The translations under genes were made by a program, and so were the position numbers. DNA of 58,651 nt, counting the filler, from Catajapyx aquilonaris (taxonomy: Eukaryota): the NCBI GenBank assembly GCA_000934665.2. It is 2 parts of 2 records of this genome, joined end to end, with 100 filler letters (N's around TTAATTAATTAA, not from the genome) between each part and the next. Parts side by side here need not be neighbours in the genome. Positions count along the whole stretch, not along the records: positions 1 to 29,286 come from KZ539225.1; 1 more part is not named here. One strand, written 5' to 3'. How positions within the stretch are numbered: position 1 is the first letter of the stretch; each line of letters starts with the position of its first letter. Below are positions 1 to 13,393 of the stretch, in pieces. Below the pieces are notes generated by a model. It worked only from the letters and a program-made list of their open reading frames with translations. It ran no database searches and was not told the origin of the DNA.

Positions 1-540
1 ATTCAACGAATCACCTATAATTCCCTACTGCCGCATTACGGATCACCTTTAAAACAACTCTAAAGGGGATATTAAAGGTGACCGGACTAAGAGTGTACCC
101 TTGCTTCTCGTTTGCTCTTCTGCCATCCGAAATTTATCTGAGCTGGAAAATACCACCCCCAAATCGTTGTAGCTGGATATTATCATTCTGTAGTGGCTCG
201 CCATTTAGGTTAACTGAACTTAATACAGTTTTTAGGGAGCATACCCCCTTTCCTGAAAATTCCTGCTTTGGGTTTTTAAATATTTATATTTAGTTTTAGG
301 TCATTAAAGTAATTCCTAATTAAATGGATTTTCTTTTGCAAAATAATATAATCCATTGGGTGCCACTTGTAAGTACACAATCATGCAACCGGTTTCCAGT
401 CTTGGTAACAGTGTCGACAGAGTAACAATGACAGGTTTATCAGAGCATGGTGTGGTGGCTTTGATGCTTACCTCCATGGACGACGGAATGACTCGAGATG
501 CCTGTGCAGTACTAGAAACACAAGTCTTGAGGAGACATGA

Positions 541-790
541 CGGTGATTTGTCGGAGGAATGGGGAATGGGGGAAAAGAGGCTCACACATCCCACGGCATA
601 TGTGACCCTCTTTTTTCGAGGCTTGACCCTCAATTTTCAGCGGGCATCACGTATGCCACTTCAACCTACGATTAGCAGGGAATATTCCCCGTTCCTCCGA
701 CAAATTACCAGTTGCAAGTCACTGCTTACAAAGAAGCAGCTACGTGCAATTTTCCGATAACTGTTCGGACAAAAAAGTTGAAACACCCTG
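541..790. mobile_element. Truncated copy of MITE family A (Tc1/mariner-like end ...GAAACACCCTG-TA)
   Basis: The right terminal repeat is nearly identical to those at 3531-3852 and 35648-35858. The interior is the reverse complement of the 3531 copy, and the left terminus is missing. Confidence 0.8.
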
Positions 791-1316
791 TATATGAAAA
801 TGTCCACTCGTAATACCTATAGCAATCAAAAGAGGAGTCTTTTGCTGACATTATTTTGAAAATAATCAAGGTTCCCATTAACAGTTCATCAACGAGTACC
901 ATTATCTGCACTTTTTAATATGTAAAGGCAATTTTGTGCCGGTGAATGGATATTGTCAGAAATTTTCGGCGCAGGTCTTGATTGGATTTTCAATAATGAG
1001 CAGGTTATATGCCTTTATTCTTTTTGTTTGTCTTTGAACGACTAAGATTATTTTCTTTATCGATTAATAATTAGCCAATGTAAGTTATTTATTATATGAT
1101 ACATGAAAACCATTTAGGTGTATTGTTGACTCTCGCATTTCCTGTTCAACATGTGCCTTTCGTAGAGTCAGAGGATTTTCAAGTCTGTCACGGACGCCAG
1201 CAGATGGATTTATTTGAATTATGATAAGCATCCTTTCTTCATGTCAATATTATTCTCATTTTTGAACACATGATCAGTCTAATACCTAATTGTGCTAAAC
1301 GAAAAAAAGGTGTAAA

Positions 1317-1531
1317 GGGGCATTTCCACGCAAACACAGACATACTGTCCGTTCGTAACGCAGGTTTTGCAGACATATATACTAGCATATTTTATTGTAA
1401 CAATACACATACATTGCATGAAATGGATTAAGCCTGCAGTGCATGCATCCTGTCATTGTTATAATAAAATACAGTTGTGCGCTTAGGAAAAACTTGTGTT
1501 ACGAACGGACGGATGCATCATGGAAATGCCC
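1317..1531. mobile_element. Degenerate foldback MITE with GGGCATTTCCA termini (PIF/Harbinger-like)
   Basis: Nested inverted pairs gggcatttcca/tggaaatgccc, gtccgttcgtaac/gttacgaacggac and ttttattgtaacaat/attgttataataaaa; AAA on both flanks. Confidence 0.65.
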
Positions 1532-3530
1532 AAAGACAAAGGACCTGTTTAAAGTTATCCTTACTAAGAAAGGCAACCCACATGGCAAAATGATTCGTGT
1601 CTTTAGAGTGGTGCATATCACTGAAACTTGGAAACATAGAAGTGTTGGATCAAAATGGCTGCAGTCAAGCCACTCTAATATATTTTCTCCACCAGCAGCT
1701 GATCAGTTCACACCGGTTCAGACAGCTGACCACCCATAGTTTGGACCTATGCAATGGTTTGGCTTGCTTTGGCAGCGAACGCCATCTTGAATCCATCCCT
1801 CACTCTCCTCTCTCTCTCTTTTCGGGGGATCCCTGGAGAGAGAAAGAGAAGAAAGAAAGAGATACGCGATAGGGCAAATACGGAATATCTCGCTGCGGGT
1901 TTGCATTTCGCATATGGGACTTTGGCTATTCATCTTCACCAGGGCTGTGTAGGCCCGACTCCAAGAGTAGGAATCCGTAATAAAACTGTTTTTCGAAATT
2001 TTGGAAGTTGGGCCCTTTGGAAACTGACGTCTTCAATAATTGCAGGTAGAATTGCATGGTAGAAATCACAACAAGTGCGTTTTTGTGAAAGAATAAGAGG
2101 CATACTTCTGTCTAACATGCAGAAGAGTTTTACAGTTAGATAGCCTTTAACAAATAAGAGCTTATTTTAAAGATGGTTGTGTAAAACCTCTTATACGTAT
2201 ACACAAACACCTTTAAAATTGATGGAAAGTGGGATTTCATTTCTTACCTTGTGTGTTTCTTATAGCTGAATTTCAGAATTCCAATCCAAATTTCTCGACA
2301 AATATTGAAATTTGCATGGAATTTTGTGACCCACCCTATGTAGGTTAATTGACATGGCTAAGTTAGTTTCTCTTTGTCTCCTTCTCTTGTTATATTTGTA
2401 ATTCTGTCTCTGTGTACATCAGCAACTCTTGTGAGAGTAGTCGAAGAGTGAAAAGAGGAGTTGCGTTTGATGTTGTCGGTACAATCGGCCCGGGGAACTT
2501 TGTCAGTTTAACAATAAAGATGGACACTCATGCCCATCTCTCCCTCTCCCTCTCTCCACTGTCGGAAGTTTACCTATTTTCTAAGTGCAAATTATGCAGT
2601 TCCAACTTGCAAAACAGCAACAATGATAATAGTGTTATTCCCTTGTGTGGCATTTGGAAAGCTTTTCAAGCTTAAAGGGGAGATTTTACCCACCTCCTTA
2701 TCTTAATATAACCCAAGCCTTAGGGCGACGAGACCCACACAAACACACTCCATGTCTTCGCATGTCAAGTCTTGCAGGTAATAATATCCTAGGAACGCCA
2801 TATTACCTATTGTGTCAAATATATATGCCAACTCCTGGTCTTAGCTAGGGCCTCATCACCCTAAGTTACGGTTTTAGGTCAGGACTCGCTTTGCCCCCCC
2901 CCCCCNNNNNNNNNNNNNNNNNNNNNNNNNNCCCCCCCGTGGGGCTGCGCCCCACTTGCACGCCCTCGGCGCGAATTGGTCGGGTCCCGGGCAGGTCCCC
3001 CTCGGTCTCTGTAACTATGCGATTGGCCCGCGGTGCAGGTGCACCAGGCTGTCCCAGGACCGCCACGTTCTCAGATGCGAACACAGCACCTCTATTAACA
3101 CGAAAATGGGTCGGAGTGAAGGCTGATCCGGTTCCTAAGCATCCGCCACTGACGTCACCGATAGACCAACCTAACTCGTCTCTGACGTATCATTCCCACG
3201 GTAGGTTTGAGTAGAATGTGAAAGCAGATGGGAGCGGCTGGTGAGGTTGGGTGACGATGGGTGGGTGGCCTATTGTTTTCCCGGGCTAAACCACATGGCC
3301 AGCAAGGTCGGAATTTTGAAAAATGCGTTCTGTGGCCATATCTCGAAAACGGCTGGGAATTTTGCATGAATGGGAATGAGGATTTTTGGCATCGGTAATT
3401 CTGGGGCAAGGAATCCAACGGTGTTACTCCCAGGCCTCTGCGACGCGACGCCGGGAAGTGCGAAATCTGTTTCCATCCTATATCCTCCTCCTATATCCTA
3501 TATCCTCGTCAGGGGGCTTTATATAATTTA

Positions 3531-3852
3531 CATGGTGTTTCAACTTTTTTTGTCCGAACAGTTATCGGAAAATTGCACGTAGCTGCTACTTTATAAGCAG
3601 TGACTTGAAAACGGTGATTTTTCGAAGGAACAGGAAATATTCCCTGCCAATCGTAGGTTGAAGTGGCATATGTGCTGCCCGCTGAAAATTGAGGGTAAAT
3701 CTGGAAAAAAGAGGGTCAAACATGCCATGGGATGTGTGACCCTATTTTCCCCCATTCCTCCGACAAATCACCGGTTGCAAGTCACTGCTTACAAAGAAGC
3801 AGCTACGTGCAATTTTCCGATAACTGTTCGGACAAAAAGTTGAAACACCCTG
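3531..3852. mobile_element. MITE family A, full-length copy (322 bp), Tc1/mariner-like
   Basis: Long terminal inverted repeats ca(g/t)ggtgtttcaactttt..gtccgaacagttatcggaaaattgcacgtagctgct; TA on both flanks. Confidence 0.88.
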
Positions 3853-4744
3853 TATATTGGAAGCGTGAAGGTCTCACCTTTTATTTGCTTGAAGATCATG
3901 CTGAAGTTGGTATTTCTCTTTAACGCCCGGGTACTGGAAATGGAGAAGGGTGGTTACTGATTAGAGGAAAGGTGCAAGTGCAATGTTTACCGCGGGACAC
4001 TATATGGCCTACTGTACAACTAACTCCATCATTATGCAGCAGAATCTACCACGTGTTTCAAAAGTGAGCTCAAATCACTCTCAGTTGAAATGCGGAATAT
4101 CATCTTGACTCATGTGGGCACCCTGGTTGAATGGTGTGGCGGACTACCAAGTAACCCAGCATAATTTTATGTCCCCCCAACCGTTCGTAACTTCCGAACT
4201 CTTACGCGTACAAATAGGATCAGGGGCAGTATAATGAAACCTACTCCTGATCTACCCCTTGATTGAAATACAGTACTCCAAGCAAGTGTGAGTTGTTGAG
4301 ATGAAAACAATGGAGGTACACTCGCATCTTTCTTCTTTGAGAAAAATTCCCTTCACTCACAAATTTGTCGTGTATGGAAAAAATAATGTGGTGGTTTCTT
4401 CCCATCAACACCACTGTTATAGGCCATGGACTCAAAAACGAGTGAAATATCATAGACCCCCATATTATTATACAATATATATTATTATCCAGAAGACCAT
4501 ACGAAATGCATTTCTTATCGTTAAACCCAGCATCCTGCTTCGAATATCTCGCAGGACATGGAATCACAGTTTTTACACTATAACTTAATACCGAAACAAA
4601 TTGTGAGCGTAATATGAGCATTAATAATAAATTCAGTGAACAAACCTCTCGGCAAGTAAATACAATCATACTGCATTAATGAAGCCGCAACCTACGTACA
4701 GACTCAAAAAAACATTAGGTTGTGTCAGGAACACAAGCCGCAGC

Positions 4745-5170
4745 TTTTGACGTGAATACGTCTTTAAAATCGGATCAGTATTGGGGGGAGTGAATAATAT
4801 TGATTGCTAATTATCAGTATTGAAGTCTGGACACATGCATGGTGCGTGACCCTAAACTCTGGACACATTCCTCCTAAGAATTTCACTGCATGCCCCCCTG
4901 CATGGCCCCGCCATGGGCCCCCTGGCAGGGTCCTGACTATAACACTCACACGCCAATTCGGATATAGTGGACTCGGGTATAATAGACTGTAACGCTTTTC
5001 TGTAACGCTCGAGTGTGCCTCCATGCCGCATATGCGGACCCGAATTCAGCCACTTCGGATATAGTAGACTCGGGTATAGTGGACCCGGTTATAATAGACT
5101 GTAACGCTCGAGTTTGCCTGCATGCCCCCCTTTATACGGACCCGATTTTAAAGACGTATTCACGTCAAAA
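4745..5170. mobile_element. Element bounded by a 29-bp inverted repeat, with internal ~15-bp tandem subrepeats
   Basis: ttttgacgtgaatacgtctttaaaatcgg ... ccgattttaaagacgtattcacgtcaaaa; the block ttcggatatagt(g/a)gactcgggtata..tagactgtaacgct occurs at about 4957 and 5054. Confidence 0.65.
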
Positions 5171-5291
5171 TTGTTGATATTGCCTCATCAACAATGCGGC
5201 TGGGCCCCATTGTGCATTAAATATGAAATGACCCTCGTACAAGCATATATTGTATGCATGATCTACATCTGTTATACGCTGCCCCAAAGCT

Positions 5292-5381
5292 AAGTTTGCG
5301 CGGCTTTCAGGGTTTTCCCAGATATCTCTACACCTGGCCATACTCAGATGGCTGGAAAAACCCAGAAAGCCGCGCAAACTT
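5292..5381. repeat. 90-bp hairpin (inverted repeat)
   Basis: aagtttgcgcggctttcagggttttcccag pairs with ctggaaaaacccagaaagccgcgcaaactt. Confidence 0.8.
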
Positions 5382-8300
5382 TCCCGGGCCGACTATAGTT
5401 CACAATTGACATGAGCTTTGCGGGACCTTTGACACCCCTTCCGCACGCTCTACCTGCAAAGTCCAAATTAATATTGCACCAGTGACCTCTTTGGTCCTCT
5501 GAGTAAAAGGCTCAGACAAGGTGTTAAGTACTCATCGGAAGTGCCATTGTAACTACTGTATCATGGGTGTGGCCCGTTAGCTCTGAGCACAGGACACCAC
5601 CTACCACGGTCCTTTATGAAAAAGTAGTGGGACAACAAGACAAGTGATCGTAGTATTACAGTATGTGGAGAAATGTTTGTACTTTTTGTGGAACATTCAT
5701 TTCGCAATAAGTTAGCAAAGTTTTTAAATATATCGTTATTTACCGATTTTCCGTGTACATTGAGGCAGTTTGGGAACAGAGCAAAAGCAAGATTATCAGC
5801 AGTCGAACAATTCTGTGGTTCCACTCTGGTTTCCCGGGCAGAATAATGATTGTGATCTCTCTCCTTTAGGTAGGTATTGAAGCTGGCAGCTAATCAATAT
5901 AGGAGGTCCATGCCGGTCTGCACTTGGTAATACGATGTGACAAGTGGGAGACATGTAACATTTGAAATCCCACCCCTGGACTAATCGGTCTCATCACGAT
6001 GCAGATTCGACGAATCATTTTAAATGCTGCCGATATCCGTATTAAAACTGGAATCATGTGAGAATCGCCATGCAATTCAGTCCGAACAGACCACACGTAC
6101 CTCACCCTGTCATGAACCGCCCACTGGAATTTTCATCCGTCTTTTTCATGAACATACTCGCCCTTGCTATAATTATGGCTGGTGCAGACATGCACATGTA
6201 ACACATTGCTTTGATTATTAGTATATTATAATTATTGGAAATTGCATACTTACTATGCCTGTAGTGTATATACTGTATAATGACAGCTGTTTTTTTATTT
6301 AAAAAAATACGGTAGTAGTGCAGGCAAGTGAGTCAAGACATTGAATGGGTGGCAGTGGCGGCATCCTGGCTTCCGTATTAACACGGTCACGGCCCCGGTT
6401 AATTGCATTCTCTCTAAGGCACAGCAACCTCCACCACACAATTCAGGGAAATGCGTTTTGCACGAGCAAATTAGCACGGGAAGATAGAAAGCTCCCCTCG
6501 CCACGACAACTCCTTCACCACTACACCTATAGGCCCATGCATTCGTATAAATGGAGGACCTAACACCACTAACCCTTACCTCGCACCCCACCCTCTGACT
6601 CCCTCCCTCACCATCCAACCCTAGCCTCTCCCCCTCTCCCTCACCATAGTCAGTTACTTTCTCTCTCGGTCGCCTAATCTCACGGGCGGCTAGCCATTAA
6701 GCAGCCATTAAACATCACGTCATGATGGAATCAAGAGATGGGTAAGGCCAAGTCATGCCCACGGCCAACTGTTCTAGCTCCTCTCCTGCTATGTGTTGTG
6801 CAGCCTCTGCCTATAGGTTAGGGTTGCCCACAATTTATGCCAATCAGCCACTGCTTATTTGCATTATAATACAATTTCCTGCCCCCCCCATCCCCTCCTC
6901 CGCTCCGCTCCCCCTTTCCCACTATGCCAAAATTGATCGCTACGCAGATACTAATACAACTAGGATAGTTTGGGATCGAATGGGTCCCCAGTGGACTTCA
7001 TGGGTGTCTCTCTGGAAGTGATGGCGAGGAAGACCTGCGTCAATGTTATCAAATATAATAATGAAATAGTTTTCATTAATAAGTCTGCTAAAGGCGTTTT
7101 AAAACGCTGCTTGCGAATTTTATTACAAATTTTTTACCGCCAACTGGTGTTTGGGGACAAGCTCGGACACAGGTCATAAAAAATGGAGCAAAATGTTTGG
7201 AACCGCTGCGCTGGGTGCATACTCCCCTGCCCGCCTCTGTCCCGTCCGAAGTTTACAGCGCTGTCACTAATTTATGGTTAGTAGTAAGCAATTGGTAGTT
7301 GAGCAAAGCACACTCGCGGGTTGTAAATGTGTTTGCGCTGGCCATTACTTTCGCAAGAAAACTGACATTTAATGTTGATCCGTTAGGCAGCATCACTTAT
7401 TAGCGCCTGCTTGGTAAAGTAATTGAATTGAAGCAATTTTTTAAAAGTGCAATGTAGTGACATTTTGAGCCAAGTTGACGGCATACAATTATTAGATATT
7501 AGTGGTTGCAGGATTATGCACGAGCGGGAAACAAGCTTCGGTAGAATAACATTGGGTGGGAGGGGAAGCTCCCCGTTCAAATTAAAGCGTCAAGTGAATG
7601 TATTTGCATAACAAATTCGGCGCAAAATTGGTTGAAAACACTTATCGCTAATTTAATATAACATTATTTGATGAATTATGGGCAGAAGTTGGGGGGGGGG
7701 GTCCTGTTTATGAGTCTGTAAACATGCGGCGTTGGAAAGTACATCTACCTATATAGTGGCCTTAGGGCATGCGGCACAGCAGTGTCGGTTGGACTTCTTG
7801 AGAACTAGAGAAGCAGGCGAATCAGTGAGTAGGCTACTGTAGCACACAGCAGGAGGATAAACTGTCGTTTCTTGGACTATGGTTGACACAGAATAGCTTT
7901 TAGGGCCGGTATTAACTGGCCTTCCGAGCTGCTCCCAGTGGGGCTCTAGTTAGGGAAATAGACTGAAATGGAAGGGGTTCGGTGGTTGCTGGCTCAACTT
8001 TTCCACTCGCAAGAATCCCCCAGCTGCGTGTCAACACCAATGCAAATCACAAGAAATGGGATGAAGGGAAAGGTTTTTTGGTCTGCTTGCTGCTCCCTGC
8101 AGCTGGGGACCCCAGCCAAACACCTCATCCGTCAACACTCATTCCTAAACGTTCCACTCATTCTTAGCTAACAAATACTCCTTCACTCAATTCGCTGCAA
8201 TTATCTCTATGCCATTCATCAATATTTAGATCAGAATATTTTGTCGTCGGAACTGCTGTGGTACAGTACAGTACGTGACTTCCTACTCAATAATATTTAT

Positions 8301-8456
8301 ACTGTAGTTCATGTTCCGTCACAGCAATAGTTTATTCTTATGTGACTAGTCAGTACGAACGAGTATATTGAAACACACCAGTGTTTCTTTCTTTTTTTCT
8401 TTTTCTTCAAAAAGTGGCGTTCAGTACAGTGTTGTGCCAAATAGCCAGTTGATATT

Positions 8457-8817
8457 CAGGGTGTTTGCGAATTCGTCTGCCAAAATGATATGGGTGGTAG
8501 GGGGTGCATATGGAAGAAGAATGTCATGGGCCCTAAAGCCCGGCGATGATGATTATCCTGACAAGTATGGATACCCCCGCACATGCCTGCATCGCTGGTT
8601 GCCGGAGTCAGGCGGTTGAGTAACAGCCTGGTAGTGCGACCCCGGCAACCAGCAATGCATGCATGTACGAGAGTATCCATACTTGTCAGGATAGTCATCG
8701 TCAATGTCAAAGGTCGACATTTCCTAGACGTAACGTCGACGGCCTTTCGGACCCACGCCATGCCTAAGTTACCATATCACCCATATCATTTTGCCAGACG
8801 AATTCGCAAAAGCCCTA
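8457..8817. mobile_element. Foldback MITE-like element with outer and inner inverted repeats
   Basis: Outer IR tttgcgaattcgtctg(c/g)caaaatgatatgggtg; inner IR about 8548-8606 / 8642-8699 (tatcctgacaagtatggatac...gctggttgccgg). No clear TSD. Confidence 0.75.
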
Positions 8818-9948
8818 CAGAGAAGAGCGAGGGAGGGAGATATTATGAGAATAGAGCTTCGATGCAGTGCCTCAATCAGGATTTTATAAATGAGGCTTAC
8901 ATGCTTAGGTACCGTTCCATATGCGAGTTTCCCAACTGTGCTCGAGAGATCACAATGCGCAATTTGGTGAAGTGGGTGGCGGGTTTTGATTGTGAAAATT
9001 ATTTTTGCATCAGTTATAAAATTTGCGAATTTGGATTTTGGCTTATATATTCTAGAGTGCTTTTGTGAGGCAAATGAATTTCAAGTGGGGCAGATAATGC
9101 AGGTCGCCACCACAATGCGCATAAAGCAGATGGGGCTAATACAACTCATCGAACGACTCAATATGTATTTCTCTTTAATATTTTAAAAGAGGGTCAGTCT
9201 TATTATTGTTGGTCCATGCATGGTGTGCAGACCGAGGTGCAGACAAATCCTTCTGAGACATGATGTATGATATGTAAGGTGTTTTTTTGTGGTTCTTTGT
9301 ACCAAAAACATTAGCTCATGGGATTGAATATGTAGCTTTAATAGCACACCAGCACAATGATATTTTACTCCTTAGCCTTCGGTTTAACAATATTAAAATA
9401 TAGCTATTTGGTACTGTATTTACATGTAGTACCAAATGGGTCTATTATTCGCATAAACAACTCATGGATTTTTCCCTACTTAATAAATCTGTGCGTAATA
9501 TATTTTCAGTGCCCTCTATGTAAGTACTCTTCTGAGAGCGAATTCACTTCCCTTTTATTTTAATTTTGGTACCTCATTAAATTTACAGTCGAATTCTCCG
9601 AGTTTCTGAAATTATGCCACATGCTCACGTCGGGATTCGAAACGCCCTATTTCTCCGTGTATTCACTATGTCCTGCTCCATACAAAACTGCTCGAGTGTG
9701 AAAAATGCATAGAGCAGGTTTTACATTAGAAACTATTTTTACTCTTCGACTTTCCGTACAGTCGTGGTTATTTTTAAACCGCAAGTGTAACTTATCCTGA
9801 CTGTACACTGTACAGTAATGAACTGCTGTGGTGGAAGGGGTTTCTCAAACCTGGCTTCTTTTTATCTACAGTGCACTGTATACAATCTCCACTGAAAAAG
9901 TTATGTAGGTTAGTAATGTGGCTGGGTAAAGTGTTCCACATACTGTAT

Positions 9949-9954
<6 letters not shown>

Positions 9955-9988
<34 letters not shown>
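9955..9988. repeat. (TA)n microsatellite
   Basis: Direct reading. Confidence 0.95.
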
Positions 9989-9990
<2 letters not shown>

Positions 9991-11925
9991 TATAACGCCT
10001 AGAGGACCTATTATGAACTTGAAAACGCATTGACATTAAACCTTGCGGGATAATAATGCCGTGCTTTGTAGATAATGAGCCTGGTGATATATGGTATCCA
10101 GTTGTTATAGTTGATGCGGGATGAATGATCATTTATTTTGCATGCTCATTTCCGATTAGTGGCCATAATAAATTAAAGGAAATGCATGGAAATAGATTAA
10201 CACGCCAGTTGCTGGCAGCACTGGGTACAACATGGGAAGTAGTGTGCCCTAATTAGACTGCCTCATGACTGGGATTAAGACATGGACTGGTGAGATGATA
10301 TCACGAGCAAGAATTATTGTCACCTTATCGCGCAGGAGACTTGGGCTGTTAATCATGCTCCTTACGATTCAGATCTCTCCCCCGGGCAGAGTCTTTTGTC
10401 CAACCTTTCACATTGCAAAATGAGGCATGAAGGTAAACAATAAGGACGAGTGGGGCAACTTTTGCACGAAGTTTGATTTAAGGCTACTTTCCCAGGCTTG
10501 GAGCGTGAAAAAGGTGAAGCGATAATTTTGAGACGTGTATGTAGCATAAATCAAAGGGAATCATAATGCGTCGTGACGGTGCAGGTTTACACCTCACCGG
10601 TTGCACGTGAAGCCCATTAGATGGGAGTTCTACGAGCCAGTTTCCTCAAAGTGCTCTGGTCATTAATATAATTGCCAAAGTACAGTCCCCACCTATATTG
10701 TTTTCAGTCAATTTGACTCCCACAAGTGTTTGCGTGTAAGAGTGGAGTGTCTAACCTGTTCTAAAATATATCCAGAAAGGGAGCAATTTTTCCGCGTTTA
10801 ATAACAGACTTCTCTAATGCAAATTGATGACCTGGCTAATATGTGCTCCACTTGTTAGAAATAATGCAAAAAATACGTGATATTTTGCAGGAGTAACGAA
10901 ATCTAAGGTCAGGACCCAGACTAAGAAAATATGGGGTTGAAGTAGAGATGCGCAGTAGGTTTCTTGCCAGGTGAAGTAGTGGGGGTTTTCACTGTGGGGG
11001 ATGGAAAGGATGTGTTTGGTGGAATAATGGATGGCCGTGGCTGATAATAAAGAGGGGCCAAGGGGAAACCCATTCTCAACACCAAATCAGGCACCTGGCA
11101 CGGTTCAGGAGCAGCCAATATTGCTCTCCTTCGATCCCAGACTCCGCTCTGGTGCACGATCTGACCTTCAGTTTTCTTACCCCTTACATTTTTTATCGCT
11201 TAGACTCTTCTTCGTACTCAGTTTCCAGCCAATGTTGACAACGTAGCCAGTAGCATATTTGCTGCGGACATCAATATTGCTTGCTTGTTATTAGGAGTGT
11301 GTTCATCACATCGTGTCAACTCATTAAAGAAATTGCTTATATTACAGGGTAACAGTGTCGGATAATACGTATCGCTACAGATGTATACAATTGATGATCT
11401 TGTAAACATGGGACCACTTATGGGAATGGGGTCTGGCATGGGGCAGATTTAAAAGAGTTGACCCAAGGCAATCCAGGTGGTGTATTAGAAATGTGCGTGG
11501 AGGAATCCAGTCTCATTTTCTTCTCAGCGTCACGGAAGAAAGGCTACCAAAAAAAAGTCTCCAAACGGAAAAGCTTCTTCTCAGCAAAGCAGACTCGGCA
11601 TTGGACGTGTCTTGGGCATGTAAGAGTCAACCAGTTGGTGGGTGGGGGTGTAAGGTGGGGAGAAGAAAGATCCAAAGATGCTTCTTTATTCTTTCCAATC
11701 ACGTTGAATTCACAGGGCCTTGCGTTGCTTCCTCCCCACCTCCTCCCCAGCATGATGAATCGATCGTGTCATCTCCTTTTGCACTTCCCTCCCTTAACTT
11801 AGCTTAATGCCCGTGGTTCTTATGCTGGCATCGGTGCTGGGAACATGGAACCGTCATTCCCGCTTCCTTCGCTTAATCATGTTTTTGCGTGCGTACAAGT
11901 CGAGAGCTAGGGATGGTGAAGAGAT

Positions 11926-11952
11926 GGAGGGAGGGAGGGAGGGAGGGAGAGA

Positions 11953-12008
<56 letters not shown>
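11926..12008. repeat. (GGGA)n-(GA)n compound microsatellite
   Basis: Direct reading. Confidence 0.95.
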
Positions 12009-12014
<6 letters not shown>

Positions 12015-13314
12015 GATGCCCTCAGGACCACTCGACTCGGTGTGCTCTAGGATTTCTCCGCGAACCTGGCGGCCGATATTATTTTATGGTGATATGCTGC
12101 TTCTGCCACCCATATATGCGAAGACGCCCAGTCCCCATCTCACATGCCTCCAGACACTCATCAGGACAAGATTCCTCTTGGATGTCGTCTTATATTGCCG
12201 TCGCTGGTCCTTTCAGGCATGGCATTTCATACCACATTTCAAATAGGCTGTATTGTTTTGCTGCTTCTGGCATTTTCAACCGCTCTGCTTATTTTCAAAT
12301 AGAACAGATGATTTTACTACACGCTTACCAGACACACAATCGCTAAATATTATTAAATAAAACAAAAACAGGTGTGCAATAACTTTTTATTGATAATCAA
12401 CATGGACATCTGGACTGCCAGGTTAGCATGACATGATGCAACACATCGTCCTTCAATAGACGTCGTAAGAAAGGTACCAGACCTGAGCATGTAGTTGGAG
12501 ACGGCAGGCAGGCCCTCCTTTCCGGTAGGGTGCTCTCCCAGTCGCTGCCATTACGGTATCTAATATACGGTAATAAATACACGAACACACGCATAAAGCA
12601 GCTAACTCGGACTAAAAAGAGTCAATTAATTATTTGAGTCGGATAAAGAAACGTCAGAGAAGGGCCGCGGCGTCATCAACTTTTATGCTCGGGGCTGTAG
12701 CATTGCAATCCTACTTCCGGTATAGAGGGAGCACAAAGTGGGAAATATCACTGAGTATGGTAGGATAGCAACTGGACGTAAAATATTTTTGTTTTGCTTT
12801 GCACAGATTTCGGTAGCTGTCAGTTGCACTATTCATCCGTATTATGTCGCCGACTGCCATTGGCTTTATACGACACTTCCATTCCAGGAAAAAAGCCATA
12901 TTTGCAAAACCGGTAAGTATACGAAGGTCGCGTGCAGGCACTGCACCAATCCCCCCTGGGCCAGGGTAGTACAGTGCACCTTTAATATCTATGGTACAGT
13001 AGCCTTCGGCCTTGCCCTGGGAAAAATAAACTGTATAGCCAAGTTCTAACGCTGGCTATAGCCAGCCTTTCGGGGAAGAGTTAAGGCTTAATTGCATTAC
13101 TATCGATAAACCAAAAATTCAATAAAATGAGGTCACGGTAATAATCACAAAAATTTCATTTCTCTTGCCACGCTTCGCTAATTTCGATGGAACTTGAAGT
13201 GTCCTCTTGTCACTATTCGGTATGCAGGAGGAATTGTAGCCACACTTTGATCTTTGCGTCAAAATGTATAGTACAGTACGCAAGACAGTACGTGAATGGT
13301 ATGTGATACATGTA

Positions 13315-13393
13315 CTATCGGCGCGGAAATGGTACGGACACTTGTCAATGTTCCGCTTACTACCAAGTGTCCGTACCATTTCCGCGCCGATAG
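13315..13393. mobile_element. Minimal 79-bp MITE (two terminal repeats plus a 19-bp spacer), TA-flanked
   Basis: Perfect 33-bp inverted repeat 13312-13344 / 13364-13396 (gtactatcggcgcggaaatggtacggacacttg), which includes the flanking TA. Confidence 0.75.

Noticed and set aside
38..310. TTAA-flanked AGGTGA ends (cggatcacctttaa / ttaaaggtgaccgg) suggesting Kolobok-like elements
   Set aside because: Matches are short and partner termini are too degenerate or outside the window.
8457..8817. ORFs 8456-8761 and 8583-9068
   Set aside because: They run through an inverted-repeat element and have no recognisable domain.
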